In this document: in pieces, positions 11,091 to 21,313 of the stretch
Layout of the letters: each line of letters opens with the position of its first letter
Position numbering within the stretch: the stretch's first letter is position 1
Source of the DNA: an uncultured Acidobacteriota bacterium
GTDB lineage: Bacteria; Acidobacteriota; Thermoanaerobaculia; Multivoradales; UBA5704
NCBI GenBank assembly: GCA_963700145.1
Contig: OY969474.1
Location: 4,704,001 to 4,768,000 of the forward strand
Length of the DNA: 64,000 nucleotides
Direction of reading: 5' to 3'
Notes under the pieces: model-generated
Database searches by the model: none
The model's input: only the letters and a program-made list of their open reading frames with translations
Told to the model about the DNA's origin: nothing
Program-made: the position numbers and the translations under genes

Positions 11091-12203
11091 ATGGCCGCCA
11101 AGCGCGACTACTACGAGGTGCTGGGCGTGACGCGCACGGCGGGCGAGCGCGAGATCAAGACCGCCTACCGCAAGCTCGCCGTCACTTACCACCCGGACCG
11201 CAACGCGGGGGACAAGGAGGCCGAGGAGCGGTTCAAGGAGGCTGCCGAGGCCTACTCCATCCTCTCCGACCCCGACAAGCGCGCCCGTTACGACCGCTTC
11301 GGCCACCAGGGCGTGGCCGCGAGCGGCGGCTTCGACCCGACGATCTTCGCCGACTTCTCCGACATCCTGGGCGACCTCTTCGGCTTCGGCGACCCCTTCG
11401 GCCGGCGGCGCGGCGGCGGCGGACCGGCGCGCGGCGCCGACCTGCGCTACGACCTGACGCTGAGCTTCGAGGAGGCGGTCTTCGGCGTCGAGAAGGAGCT
11501 GCGCATCCCGCGCCTCGAGGGCTGCGAGGCCTGCCGCGGCACCGGCAGCGCCGGCGGCACCGAGCCGGCCCTCTGCCAGGCCTGCGGCGGCCGCGGCCAG
11601 GTGCGCTACACGCAGGGGTTCTTCACCGTCGCCCGCACCTGCCCGCAGTGCAGCGGCGAAGGGCGGGTGGTCACCGACCCCTGCCGCGAGTGCCGCGGCG
11701 ACGGCCGGGTGGAGCGCGAGCGCATGCTTTCGGTCAAGGTGCCGGCCGGCGTCGACAGCGGCGCCCGCCTCCGCCTGACCGGCGAGGGGGAGCACGGCAA
11801 ACAGGGCGGGCCGCCGGGGGACCTCTACGTCGTCCTCAAGGCGCGGCCGCACCCGCGCCTCAAGCGCGACGGCTCGACCGTCTACGGCCGCGTCGCCGTC
11901 GCCTATCCGCAGGCGGTCCTCGGGGCGACGGTCGAGGTCGAGACCGTGCACGGCCCCTCGACGCTCGACGTCCCGCCCGGCACCCAGCACGGCCGCGAGT
12001 TCCGCCTGCGCGGCCAGGGCGTCCAGCGCTTCGACGGCAACGGCCGCGGCGACCACGTAGCGGTCGTCGAGGTCGAGGTGCCGCACCCGCGCAACCTCTC
12101 CGACGAGGAACAGGAGCACCTCCGCCGCCTCGCCGAGCTCTCCGACCGCCCGGTGCGCGAAGAGCGGAAGGTCTTCGACCGGGTCAAGAACCTGTTCGGG
12201 TAG
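11091..12203 (+). CDS. dnaJ: Chaperone DnaJ
   Basis: J-domain with HPD, G/F region, four CxxCxGxG zinc motifs. Confidence 0.97.
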   Translation: MAAKRDYYEVLGVTRTAGEREIKTAYRKLAVTYHPDRNAGDKEAEERFKEAAEAYSILSDPDKRARYDRFGHQGVAASGGFDPTIFADFSDILGDLFGFGDPFGRRRGGGGPARGADLRYDLTLSFEEAVFGVEKELRIPRLEGCEACRGTGSAGGTEPALCQACGGRGQVRYTQGFFTVARTCPQCSGEGRVVTDPCRECRGDGRVERERMLSVKVPAGVDSGARLRLTGEGEHGKQGGPPGDLYVVLKARPHPRLKRDGSTVYGRVAVAYPQAVLGATVEVETVHGPSTLDVPPGTQHGREFRLRGQGVQRFDGNGRGDHVAVVEVEVPHPRNLSDEEQEHLRRLAELSDRPVREERKVFDRVKNLFG

Positions 12204-12223
12204 ATCTGTTGGGGGGTGTCCGC

Positions 12224-14002
12224 ATGAGACGTCCGATCCGGCTCGCCGTCTACCTGCTCGTCGCCTTCCCGCTCCTGGCGTCGGCCGCGTCGCCGCCCGA
12301 GGAGCTCCCCGCGGTCGAGATGCTCTGGGGGGTGCGCATCCCGATGCGCGACGGGGTGCACTTGAACGCCACCGTCTTCAAGCCGCGCGAGATGCCGAAG
12401 CCGCTGCCGGTCGTCTTCACGCTGACGCCGTACATCGCCGACACCTACCAGGATCGCGCCCTCTACTTCGCGCAGCACGGCTACGTCTTCGCCCTGGTGG
12501 ACGTGCGCGGGCGCGGCAACTCGGAGGGACGGTTCACGCCCTTCGCCCAGGAGGCGCACGACGGGCACGACGTCGTCGAGTGGCTGGCGCGCCAGCCCTG
12601 GGCCAACGGCAAGGTGGCGATGTGGGGAGGCTCCTACGCCGGCTACGACCAGTGGGCGACGGCCAAGGAGCTCCCGCCGCACCTCGCGACGATCGTGCCG
12701 GCCGCCGCCGCCCATCCCGGCGTCGACTTCCCCTTCTTCAAGAACGTCTACTCCTCCTACATCATGCAGTGGCTGACCTTCACCAGCGGGGTCACGCCCA
12801 ACGCCAAGCTCTTCGGCCTCTCGCCGTTCTGGATCGAGAGCTTCCGCGCCCTCTACCTCGACCACCGCCCCTACCGCGAGCTGGCGGGCGCGGTCGGCAA
12901 CGCCTCGACCGTTTTCGAGGACTGGCTGAGGCACCCGACGCCGGACGCCTACTGGGACGCGATGGCGCCGACGCCCGAGCAGTACGCGAAGCTGAAGCTG
13001 CCGATCCTCACCATTACCGGCCACTACGACGGCGACCAGCCTGGCGCGCTCCACTTCTACCGCCAGCACATGCGGCACGGGACGAAGGCGGCGCGCGACC
13101 GCCACTACCTGATCATGGGCCCCTGGGACCACGCCGGCACGCGCACGCCGCAGAAGTCGTTCGGCGGCCTGACCTTCGGCGACGCCAGCGTCCTCGACCT
13201 CAACGACCTCCACCGCCAGTGGTACGACTGGACGATGAAGGACGGCAAGCGCCCGGAGTTCCTGAAGACGCGCGTCGCCTACTACGTGGCCGGGATCGGA
13301 TCTGAGGAGTGGAAGCGCGCCGACGACTTCGAGGAGATCGCCAAGGAGCGGCGCACCCTCTACCTCGACTCGCCCGGCGGGCGCGCCGGAGATGCCTTCC
13401 AGTCCGGGAGCCTGGGGCCGGAGAAGCCGGCGGCCGGCTCGGCGCCCGACCGCTACGTCTACGACCCGCTCGACACCCGGCCGGCGGAGATGGAGAAGGA
13501 GGACGTCGAGGCCTACCTCACCGACCAGCGCTACGCCCTGAACCTGAACGGCAACGGGCTCGTCTACCACAGCGCGCCGTTCGCCGAGGCGACCGAGATC
13601 TCCGGGCAGCCGCGGCTCGAGCTGTGGATGGCGCTCGACGTCCCGGACACGGATTTCGCCGTCTCGCTCTACGAGATCGAGCCGACCGGCCGCAGCATCT
13701 CCCTCGCCGACGACATCCTGCGGGCGCGCTACCGGGAGTCGCTGCGCGAGGAGAAGCTGGTGACCCCCGGCGCGATCGAGCGCTACACCTTCGACAGCTT
13801 CTTCTGGTTCTCGCGCCGGATCGGGAAGGGGAGCCGCCTGCGCTTGGTGGTGCGCTCGCCCAACACGATCCAGCTGCAGAAGAACTACAACGTCGGCGGC
13901 GTGGTGGCCGAGGAGTCGGGCAAGGACGCGCGCACCGCCCATGTCACCCTCTACCACGACGCCGAGCACCCGAGCCTGCTCGAATTGCCGATCGGCAAGT
14001 AG
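12224..14002 (+). CDS. Secreted CocE/NonD-family serine hydrolase
   Basis: Signal peptide MRRPIRLAVYLLVAFPLLASA; IPMRDGVHL, TPY, DVRGRGNSEG, nucleophile GGSYAG, GPWDH. Confidence 0.9.
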   Translation: MRRPIRLAVYLLVAFPLLASAASPPEELPAVEMLWGVRIPMRDGVHLNATVFKPREMPKPLPVVFTLTPYIADTYQDRALYFAQHGYVFALVDVRGRGNSEGRFTPFAQEAHDGHDVVEWLARQPWANGKVAMWGGSYAGYDQWATAKELPPHLATIVPAAAAHPGVDFPFFKNVYSSYIMQWLTFTSGVTPNAKLFGLSPFWIESFRALYLDHRPYRELAGAVGNASTVFEDWLRHPTPDAYWDAMAPTPEQYAKLKLPILTITGHYDGDQPGALHFYRQHMRHGTKAARDRHYLIMGPWDHAGTRTPQKSFGGLTFGDASVLDLNDLHRQWYDWTMKDGKRPEFLKTRVAYYVAGIGSEEWKRADDFEEIAKERRTLYLDSPGGRAGDAFQSGSLGPEKPAAGSAPDRYVYDPLDTRPAEMEKEDVEAYLTDQRYALNLNGNGLVYHSAPFAEATEISGQPRLELWMALDVPDTDFAVSLYEIEPTGRSISLADDILRARYRESLREEKLVTPGAIERYTFDSFFWFSRRIGKGSRLRLVVRSPNTIQLQKNYNVGGVVAEESGKDARTAHVTLYHDAEHPSLLELPIGK

Positions 14003-14056
14003 CGAAGGCCAGGCAAGCAGCGGCAGACGGCACGCGCGTAGGAAACGGATAGGCAC

Positions 14057-14146
14057 GTCATCCTGAGCGAAGCGAAGGATCTGGGTGGGGGAAGGTGCGG
14101 TGACGACGCGGCCCCCGCCCAGATTCTTCGCTTCGCTCAGAATGAC
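14057..14146. repeat. REP-like repeat pair (14057-14083 forward, 14120-14146 reverse)
   Basis: GTCATCCTGAGCGAAGCGAAGGATCTG ... CAGATTCTTCGCTTCGCTCAGAATGAC; same family as 591-688. Confidence 0.85.
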
Positions 14147-14154
14147 AAGGGGCG

Positions 14155-14991
14155 ATGGGTTACCTGCGACGCACCTTCCTAGTGCCTGCCGCGCTCGAGG
14201 ATCTCTTCACGGCCAGCCTCTGGGCCGCAGGCACGCTTGGCGCCGAGGTCCAGCCGGTGCCGGACGGCAGCGTGCGGGTCGACGCGTGGTTCGCGCCGGA
14301 CGCCCTTCCTGTCCCTCTCTCACCTGAAATCCAACTGCTCGGCGAGCAATCCGTCCCCGACGCCGACTGGCTGGCCTCCTGGCGCGAGGCCGCGCGCCCT
14401 TTCCCGCTCGGCGCCTCCTTCTTCGTCGATCCACGCGAGCCGGGCGGCGAGCCGGTCGAGGCGCCCGCCGGCCGGCGCCTGCTCCGCCTGCCGGCCCGCG
14501 CCGCCTTCGGCACCGGCAGCCACGAGTCCACGTCCCTGGCCGTCGAGCTACTGGAGGACGTCGAGCTGGCGGGCAAGCGGGTGCTTGACGTCGGCACCGG
14601 CACCGGCGTCCTCGCCTTCGCGGCGCTGGCGCGCGGTGCGGCGGACGCGGTGGCCTTCGACCTCGACCTCGCCGCGCCCTTCCACGCCCGCGACAACGCC
14701 CGGCTCAACGGCTTCCGCCTGCATCTCTTCGCCGGCACGGTCGCCGCCTTGCGCGAGAGCGCGCGCTTCGACTTGGCGGTCGCCAACATGGTGCCGGAGG
14801 AGCTTCTTCCGGAGCTTGCGGCGATCGCGCGGCGGCTGGCGCCCGGCGGCGAGGTCATTCTGTCGGGCATCCTGGAAGAGCGGGGCGGGGACGTGCTGGA
14901 GCGCGGCGCGACGCTGGGGCTCGTCGAGCGGGCGCGGCGCAAGGCGGGGCAGTGGGCGGCCTTCCGGCTGCGACGCGAGGACACGGCGTGA
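14155..14991 (+). CDS. prmA: Ribosomal protein L11 methyltransferase
   Basis: AFGTGSHEST, VLDVGTGTGVLA, FDLAVAN, ILSGIL. dnaJ-prmA-rsmE synteny. Confidence 0.9.
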   Translation: MGYLRRTFLVPAALEDLFTASLWAAGTLGAEVQPVPDGSVRVDAWFAPDALPVPLSPEIQLLGEQSVPDADWLASWREAARPFPLGASFFVDPREPGGEPVEAPAGRRLLRLPARAAFGTGSHESTSLAVELLEDVELAGKRVLDVGTGTGVLAFAALARGAADAVAFDLDLAAPFHARDNARLNGFRLHLFAGTVAALRESARFDLAVANMVPEELLPELAAIARRLAPGGEVILSGILEERGGDVLERGATLGLVERARRKAGQWAAFRLRREDTA

Positions 14992-15686
14992 CGACCCTAC
15001 TCGTCTCACCCGAGCTGTTCGCCGGCGCCGAGCTGCGCGTCGAGGGCGACCCCTACCGCCACCTCTTCCGCGCCCGGCGGCTGGCCGCCGGCGAGCGCCT
15101 GCGGGTGGTGGACGGCCGCGGCCGCGCCCGCTGGGCCGAGGTGGCGCGGGTGAACCGGAGCGGAGCGAGCCTCGCGCTCGGCGAGCCCGCCCCCGCGAAC
15201 GAGCCGCCATTCCGGCTCGAGCTCCTGGTTGCCGTCTTCCGCCCCGAGCGGGCGGCCTGGCTGGTCGAGAAGGCGACGGAGGTGGGTGTCGCCGCCGTCC
15301 GCTTCCTCCACACCGAGCGGGCGCCGCGCACCTTCGGCGCCGGCACCCTCGAGCGGCTGCGCCGCGTCGCCGCCGCCGCCGTCGAGCAGTGCGGCCGCTC
15401 GCTCCTGCCGGAGGTGACCGGCGTCCACGCCTGGAGCGAGCTGGAGCGCCTGGTCGCCGCCCTCCCGGACCGCCGCGTCCTCGACACCGCCGCCGAAGGG
15501 AGCGGCTGGCGCGAGCCGTCCGCCGCCGCCGGCGCCCTCCTCGTCGGCCCCGAAGGCGGCTGGACCGACGCCGAGCGCGCCGCCGCCCGCGCCCTCGCCT
15601 TCACCCCCGCCGCCCTCGGCTCCCGCACCCTCCGCACCGAAACCGCCGCCCTCGCCGGCGCCGCGCGGCTGCTGCTCGCGAGCTAG
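14988..15686 (+). CDS. rsmE: 16S rRNA m3U1498 methyltransferase
   Basis: GTG overlaps the prmA stop; EKATEVGV, AVEQCGR, VGPEGGW, LGSRTLRTETA. Confidence 0.93.
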   Translation: MTTLLVSPELFAGAELRVEGDPYRHLFRARRLAAGERLRVVDGRGRARWAEVARVNRSGASLALGEPAPANEPPFRLELLVAVFRPERAAWLVEKATEVGVAAVRFLHTERAPRTFGAGTLERLRRVAAAAVEQCGRSLLPEVTGVHAWSELERLVAALPDRRVLDTAAEGSGWREPSAAAGALLVGPEGGWTDAERAAARALAFTPAALGSRTLRTETAALAGAARLLLAS

Positions 15687-15700
15687 GCCTTGGGGGGCCT

Positions 15701-16756
15701 CTAGAGGCCGGCGGAGAGACCGGCCGCCCCGAGACGGTCGCGGAGGTCAGCGGGCAGCCGCGCGAGCTCGGCGGAGATGTCACGGCGCGGTCCGGCATTC
15801 GGTGTCAGACCGCTCCACGCCAAAGCCAGGTCCTGCGGCCGGTCCTCGGCCAGCACTTCGAGCAGCGCGACCGCCTGGCGACGGTCCTTCGCCGCCCGGA
15901 CCTGCTGCGCGGCCGGCCGCCGGCGGGCAGTCCACAGTTTGTGCAGGGCGAAGCGGGCGGGCGTCGGGATCTGGACGAGCACCGGCTCGCCGCCGACGAC
16001 CACCGCCGGTGCGGTCTCGGCGAGCAGGTAGCCGAGGAAGGGAAGCGGCTGGGCGGCGATGCCGAGAGAGGGGATGGCGACCGGCGTCCCCTCACGCCTT
16101 CGAGCGCGGGCCGGCACCAGGAAGTCGACGCGCAGCTCGCGGCCGCGGATCTTGAACGAGGTCGAGGGAGCGGCCGGGTCCAAGCCCGGAACCGGAAAGA
16201 AGCCGAGCCCCGATTCGAGAAGCGAGCGTCCGACGTCGGCCCGCTCGGCGAGAGCGACGTCGATCGCTGGATCATGAGCGATGTCGATGTCCTGCGTTTG
16301 CAGAATCTGTTGGTCGAAACGGACGCCGAGCAGGTTTCCCAGGGCCGTGAAGGCCCGCGTCCCCACAAGGACGCCCCCCCGCCTGAAAACGCCCGCGTCG
16401 CCGAGCAGGCGAAGCACTTCAACCGCCGCTCTCGACTCCGTGAAGGCACCCCCGCGCGCCAGCATGCCGGCGAGACGCACGCGGACTTCGCGGTCGGGGG
16501 TCATCGCCGCGCGACGATCCGTCACCCGACGCATCCAATCGAGGAGCTTCGAGGTCTCGGGTCCGAGGTAGTGCTGCCGCTTGGCGGCGCCGCGGGCGAC
16601 CTGGAGGTACCAATACCGCGCACCCTTGATCTCCTTCGAGACGAAGGTGCCCGGCGGCAGCTCCGCGGCGACTCTCTCCGCCTCCGCCTGGAGGGCGTGG
16701 TCCAGAAGCTCGGAGTAGAGCACCTGGACGCTCTCGGGCAATCGCTGGGTCGGCAT
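15701..16756 (-). CDS. GSU2403-family nucleotidyltransferase-fold protein, copy 1
   Basis: N-terminal KEIKGARYWYLQ...QHYLGP module; LVGTRAF, TQDIDIA (DxD), RVDFLVP, PARFALHKL, KDRRQA. Confidence 0.8.
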   Translation of the reverse strand: MPTQRLPESVQVLYSELLDHALQAEAERVAAELPPGTFVSKEIKGARYWYLQVARGAAKRQHYLGPETSKLLDWMRRVTDRRAAMTPDREVRVRLAGMLARGGAFTESRAAVEVLRLLGDAGVFRRGGVLVGTRAFTALGNLLGVRFDQQILQTQDIDIAHDPAIDVALAERADVGRSLLESGLGFFPVPGLDPAAPSTSFKIRGRELRVDFLVPARARRREGTPVAIPSLGIAAQPLPFLGYLLAETAPAVVVGGEPVLVQIPTPARFALHKLWTARRRPAAQQVRAAKDRRQAVALLEVLAEDRPQDLALAWSGLTPNAGPRRDISAELARLPADLRDRLGAAGLSAGL

Positions 16757-16787
16757 TCGCTCCGTCCGGCGTCCGGCGTCCGGCCGT

Positions 16788-16823
16788 CGTTATACGCAGG
16801 ATCATCATACCTTGCGTATAACG
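16788..16823. promoter_or_regulatory. Palindromic operator CGTTATACGCA-N14-TGCGTATAACG overlapping a putative -10 (TATGAT, minus strand)
   Basis: Perfect 11-bp arms. The same palindrome precedes copy 2 (40867-40900). Confidence 0.75.
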
Positions 16824-16852
16824 CCGGCGAAGCCTCCGGTAGTGCCCTAGCT

Positions 16853-17284
16853 CTAGGGTCGGAGCAGCGCTAGCCCGGTCTCTTCGTCGGGCACGCGCTG
16901 GAGGTGCTCGGGCAGCTCGCTGAGGATCACTTCCAGGGTCGGCCAGACGTGCGCCGCGAGGAGGTGGCCGCCGTGCGCGGTGCCGTCGCGCTTGCCGACG
17001 ACGACGTGCGCGTGGACCTGCGGCGCGCCCTCCTTGAGGGAGATGTTGCCGGCCAGTGAGAGGACCTCGACCTGCTCGCCGACGGGGATCTCTTCGTAGG
17101 TGCGCTTGGCGCGGTCGAAGAAGCCGAGCGTGGCGCCGGAGAACGCGCCGATGGCGGTGAAGTGGCCGGCGGTCAGCCGCTGCTCGCGCGCGAAGCCTTG
17201 CAGCCCGGCGATCGCCTCCTCGCCGGGCTCGAAGACCAGGACGAACGTCCGCCGCGCCCCTTCGCCGATCCGCTTCGATCTCAT
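16853..17284 (-). CDS. PPC-domain (DUF296) protein
   Basis: FTAIGAF, EVLSLAGNI, HAHVVVG.RDG.AHGGHL, PTLEV. Confidence 0.9.
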   Translation of the reverse strand: MRSKRIGEGARRTFVLVFEPGEEAIAGLQGFAREQRLTAGHFTAIGAFSGATLGFFDRAKRTYEEIPVGEQVEVLSLAGNISLKEGAPQVHAHVVVGKRDGTAHGGHLLAAHVWPTLEVILSELPEHLQRVPDEETGLALLRP

Positions 17285-20181
17285 GCGTTTCCTCCCTTGC
17301 CCAGCGCCATTTGCAGGACCTCGGCCAGGTGCAGCGCGCGGCGGCCGGTGCCCTGCGCGATCTGCTCGCGGCAACTGAAGCCGTCGGCGACGATCAAGGT
17401 CTCCGCCTCGGCCGCGCGCACCGCCGGCAGCAGCACCCGCTCGCCGCACTTCATCGCGACCTCGTAGCGCTCGCCCGCCTCGAAGCCGAAGGCGCCGGCC
17501 ATGCCGCAGCAGCCGGCATCGAGCACCTCGACGTCGAGGCCGGTCCGCGCCAGCACGCGCTCGGCGTGCTCCATCCCCAGGAGCGCCTTCTGATGGCAGT
17601 GGCCCTGCACAAGCGCCTTGCGGTGCAGGGGCGCCGGCGCGGCGCCTGTCTCCTCGCGGTCGAGCAGCTCCGACAGCAAGAACACGTGCCGTGACAGGCG
17701 CTTCGCGCTCTCGTCGCCGGGGAAGAGGTTGAGCAGCTCGTCGCGGAAGGTCGCGGCGCAGCTCGGCTCGAGGACGACGACCGGCGTGCCGGCGCGGATC
17801 TCGCCGGCGAGCGCGGCGAGGATCCGCCGCAGCTGCCGTTTGGCGAGGTCGAGCATGCCGAAGTCGTAGAGCGGCCGGCCGCAGCAGAGGCGCGCGCGCG
17901 GCACCTCCACCGCGAAGCCGGCGCCCTCCAGCACCGCCACCGCCGCCTGCGCCGTCTCGGGGTGGAAGTAGTTGTTGAAGGTGTCCGGCCAGAGGAGGAC
18001 GCGCCGTTCGCCGCCGGCACCGTCCCGCGTCCCCCGGCGCCGGAACCAGCGGGTGAAGGGCTCCGGTGCGAAGCGGGGGATGCGCCGCTCGGGCGCGATG
18101 CCGGCCGCCTTCTTCGCCAGCGCGTCCAGCCCGGAGGTCTGCGTCACGGCGTTGGCCGCCCCCGGCCAGAGCGCGGCGAGCCGCGCCCACCAGGGGATGA
18201 GGCCGAAGGCGTAGGCCGACCGCGGCCGCAGCCGCCGCGCGTAGTAGTGCGAGAGGAACTCGGCCTTGTAGCTCGCCATGTCGACGTTGACCGGGCACTC
18301 GGTCTTGCACGCCTTGCAGGCCAGGCAGAGGTCGAGCGCCTCCTTGACGTGCGGGTCGCGCCATCCGCCGGCGAGCGTCTCGCCGCGCAGCATCTCGAAG
18401 AGGAGGTGTGCGCGCCCGCGCGTCGAGTGCATCTCCTCGCCGGTCGCCATGTAGCTCGGGCACATCGTGCCGCCGTGGAGCTTCCGGCACTCGCCGACGC
18501 CGACGCAGCGGAGCGTCGCGCGGGCGAGGCTGCCGTCGTCGTCGGGGAAGCGAAAGTGGGTGGGCGGCTGCACCGGCTTGTAGCTCGTGCCGAGGCGCAG
18601 GTTCTCGTCGAGGCGGTAGGGGTCCACGACCTTGCCGGGGTTCATCTTGCCGTCGGGGTCCCAGATCGCCTTGAACTCGCGGAAGGCCTCGACCAGCTCG
18701 GGTCCGAACATCTTCGGCAGCAGCTCGGCGCGCGACTGGCCGTCGCCGTGCTCGCCGGAGAGCGACCCGCCGTGGCGGAGGACGAGGTCCGCCGCCTCCT
18801 CGACGAAAGCGCGGAAGGCGCGCAGCCCCGGCGCCGTCACCAGGTCGAAGTCGATCCGCGTGTGGACGCAGCCGTCGCCGAAGTGGCCGTAGAGGGTGCA
18901 GGCGTAGCCGTGCTGTTGGAGGAGCCGGCGGAAGTCGCGGAGGTAGGCGCCGAGGGCCGCCGGCGGCACCGCGGCGTCCTCCCACCCCTCCCAGGTGTCG
19001 GGCTCGCCGGGGACGTGCGCCGTCGCCCCGAGCCCCGATTCGCGGACGCGCCAGACGCGCTTCGCCTCGCGGGGGTCGTAGCGCTTCGCCGCCGGCGCCC
19101 CGGCGCCGCCGCCGAGCGCCGCGATCAGCCCCTCCGCCTTCCCGTCGGCCTCCGCGCGGTCCTCGCCGCCGAACTCCACGAGGAGCCACCCCTTACCCTC
19201 CGGCAGCAGCTCCAGCTCGCGCAGATGGAGGCGTTTCTTCTTCATGCCCTCGACCAGCACGTCGTCGATCCCCTCGAGGCCGATCGGCCGGTGCTCCAGC
19301 ACCTCGACCACGTGGTCGGCGGCGGTGTAGACGTCGGGGTAGCCGAGGACCACGAGCGTCCTCGCCGGCGGGCTGGGGACGAGCCGGACGGTGGCCGAAA
19401 GGACGGTGACGCAGGTGCCCTCGGAGCCGACCAGGGCGCGGGCGACGTGGAAGCCGTTCTCCGGCAGGAGCTGGTCGAGGTTGAAGCCGGAGACCCGGCG
19501 CGGGATCTTGGGGTAGCGCGCGCGGATCAGCGGCGCGCAGCGGTCGCGCAGGGCGGCGAGCCGGCGGTAGATCTCGCCGCGCCGCCCCTCCTCGGCGGCG
19601 AGGCCGGCCAGCTCCTCCTCGCCGGTCGCGCCGACCGTCAGCCGCAGGCCGTCGTAGGTCAGCACCTCCAGCGCCTCGACGTTGTCGTCGGTCTTGCCGG
19701 CCATGACCGAGTGCACGCCGCAGGAGTTGTTGCCGATCATGCCGCCCAGCGTGCAGCGGTTGTGGGTCGCCGGGTCGGGGCCGAAGGTGAGGCGGTGCTC
19801 CTCGGCCGCGTCGCGCAGCGTGTCGAGCACGATGCCCGGCTCGACGCGCGCCAGGCGCCGCTCCGGGTCGAGCGCCAGGATGCGGTTCAGGTGCCGGGAG
19901 AAGTCAAGGACGACGGCGACGTTGCAGCACTGGCCGGCGAGGCTGGTGCCGCCGCCGCGCGCCAGGACCGGCGCGCCATGCCGGCGGCAGGCCTCGACGG
20001 TGGCGACCACGTCCTCCACAGTGCGCGGCGTGACGACGCCGATCGGCACCTGCCGGTAGTTGGAGGCGTCGGTGGCGTAGAGGGCGCGAGCGCCGGCGTC
20101 GAAGCGCACCTCGCCGGCGATCGCATCACGCAGCTCGGCGGCCAGCTCCCCGCCGCCCTCGCCGCGCGCCGGCCCGCCCAT
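17281..20181 (-). CDS. FAD-binding / Fe-S (GlcD-GlcF-like fusion) oxidoreductase
   Basis: YATDASNY, RGGGTSLAGQ, GNNSCG, GSEGT, SGEHGDG, CVGVGEC, CLACKACKTECP, CCG domains. Confidence 0.9.
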   Translation of the reverse strand: MGGPARGEGGGELAAELRDAIAGEVRFDAGARALYATDASNYRQVPIGVVTPRTVEDVVATVEACRRHGAPVLARGGGTSLAGQCCNVAVVLDFSRHLNRILALDPERRLARVEPGIVLDTLRDAAEEHRLTFGPDPATHNRCTLGGMIGNNSCGVHSVMAGKTDDNVEALEVLTYDGLRLTVGATGEEELAGLAAEEGRRGEIYRRLAALRDRCAPLIRARYPKIPRRVSGFNLDQLLPENGFHVARALVGSEGTCVTVLSATVRLVPSPPARTLVVLGYPDVYTAADHVVEVLEHRPIGLEGIDDVLVEGMKKKRLHLRELELLPEGKGWLLVEFGGEDRAEADGKAEGLIAALGGGAGAPAAKRYDPREAKRVWRVRESGLGATAHVPGEPDTWEGWEDAAVPPAALGAYLRDFRRLLQQHGYACTLYGHFGDGCVHTRIDFDLVTAPGLRAFRAFVEEAADLVLRHGGSLSGEHGDGQSRAELLPKMFGPELVEAFREFKAIWDPDGKMNPGKVVDPYRLDENLRLGTSYKPVQPPTHFRFPDDDGSLARATLRCVGVGECRKLHGGTMCPSYMATGEEMHSTRGRAHLLFEMLRGETLAGGWRDPHVKEALDLCLACKACKTECPVNVDMASYKAEFLSHYYARRLRPRSAYAFGLIPWWARLAALWPGAANAVTQTSGLDALAKKAAGIAPERRIPRFAPEPFTRWFRRRGTRDGAGGERRVLLWPDTFNNYFHPETAQAAVAVLEGAGFAVEVPRARLCCGRPLYDFGMLDLAKRQLRRILAALAGEIRAGTPVVVLEPSCAATFRDELLNLFPGDESAKRLSRHVFLLSELLDREETGAAPAPLHRKALVQGHCHQKALLGMEHAERVLARTGLDVEVLDAGCCGMAGAFGFEAGERYEVAMKCGERVLLPAVRAAEAETLIVADGFSCREQIAQGTGRRALHLAEVLQMALGKGGNA

Positions 20182-20182
20182 C

Positions 20183-21310
20183 TCAGAAGGGGACGGCGAA
20201 GCGAGCGGCGTCGGCGCGCTTGAGCTCCAGCCCGAGGCCGGGGCGCGAGAGGTCGGGGTAAAGGACGCCGCCGCGCGGCGCCGCGGCGCCGTCGAAGAGC
20301 ATGCGCTCGATCCGCGCGTGGTCGTGGAACCACTCGACGTGGACGGCGGCGGCGAGGGCGCAGCAGGGGTGGGCGTGGAGCGCCGGCGCGGTGTGCGCCG
20401 AGAGCGGCACCGGCGCGGCTTCACAGAGGGCGCCGGCGCGCAGGAAGTCGCTGATCCCGGCGCAGCGGGTGGCGTCGGCCTGCAGCACGTCCACCGCGCC
20501 GGCGTCGAGGAGGCGCCGGAAGTCGAAGAGGGTGTAGCCGTACTCGCCGGCGGCGACGTCCATGCCGGCGGGGGCGCGGTCGCGCAGCAGGCGGAGGCCT
20601 TCGAGGTCGTCCGACGGCACCGGCTCCTCGAACCAGGTGACGCCGTGCTCGGCGAACGCCTCGGCGAAGGCGAGCGCCTGCTTGCGCGTGTAGGCGCCGT
20701 TGGCGTCCACGAAGAGCGCCGCTTCCGGCCCGATCGCTTCGCGCGCCGCCCGCACCCGGGCGACGTCCTCGCCGGGCGCGCGGCCGACCTTCATCTTGAC
20801 CCGCCCGATGCCGTCGGCGACCCACCCCGCGAGCTGCTCCTGGAGCTGCCCGAGCGAGTACGAGGTGAAGCCGCCGCTGCCGTAGACCGGCACGCCCTCG
20901 CGCACCGGCCCCAGCAGTGTCACCAGCGGCAGGCCGAGGAGGCGGGCCTTGAGGTCCCAGAGCGCGGTGTCGACCGCGGCGATGGCGGTGGCGGCGATGC
21001 CGGAGCGGCCGAGGTTGCGCACCGCCTGGACCATCGCCGTCCAGGCGGCCGGGATCGCCATCGCGTCGCGCCCGCGCACCACGTCCGCGAGCCGCTCCTG
21101 GACGAGCCGCGCGGCCGCGGTCGCGGCGTAGGTGTAGCCCAGCCCGCGCTCGCCGCCGGCCGCGACCTCGACGACGACCAGCGTCGTCGCGCTCCATTCG
21201 AGCGTGCCGTCGGACTCGGGGAAGTCGGTGGGGATGGTGTAGGCGGAGACCTCGACGGCCTCGATCGGCACCGCGCTCGCGAGCGCCGCCCGCGGCTCAG
21301 CCCGGAGCAC
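20183..21310 (-). CDS. Mandelate racemase/muconate lactonizing (enolase superfamily) enzyme
   Basis: VDTALWDLKA, YGSGGF, KMKVG, VDANG, WFEEP, AGEY. Confidence 0.9.
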   Translation of the reverse strand: MLRAEPRAALASAVPIEAVEVSAYTIPTDFPESDGTLEWSATTLVVVEVAAGGERGLGYTYAATAAARLVQERLADVVRGRDAMAIPAAWTAMVQAVRNLGRSGIAATAIAAVDTALWDLKARLLGLPLVTLLGPVREGVPVYGSGGFTSYSLGQLQEQLAGWVADGIGRVKMKVGRAPGEDVARVRAAREAIGPEAALFVDANGAYTRKQALAFAEAFAEHGVTWFEEPVPSDDLEGLRLLRDRAPAGMDVAAGEYGYTLFDFRRLLDAGAVDVLQADATRCAGISDFLRAGALCEAAPVPLSAHTAPALHAHPCCALAAAVHVEWFHDHARIERMLFDGAAAPRGGVLYPDLSRPGLGLELKRADAARFAVPF

Positions 21311-21313
21311 AGC

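Noticed and set aside
16763-16784. (CGTCCGG)x3 microsatellite in the GSU2403 copy-1 leader as a phase-variation switch
   Set aside because: Only three units in GC-rich DNA and not conserved in copy 2.
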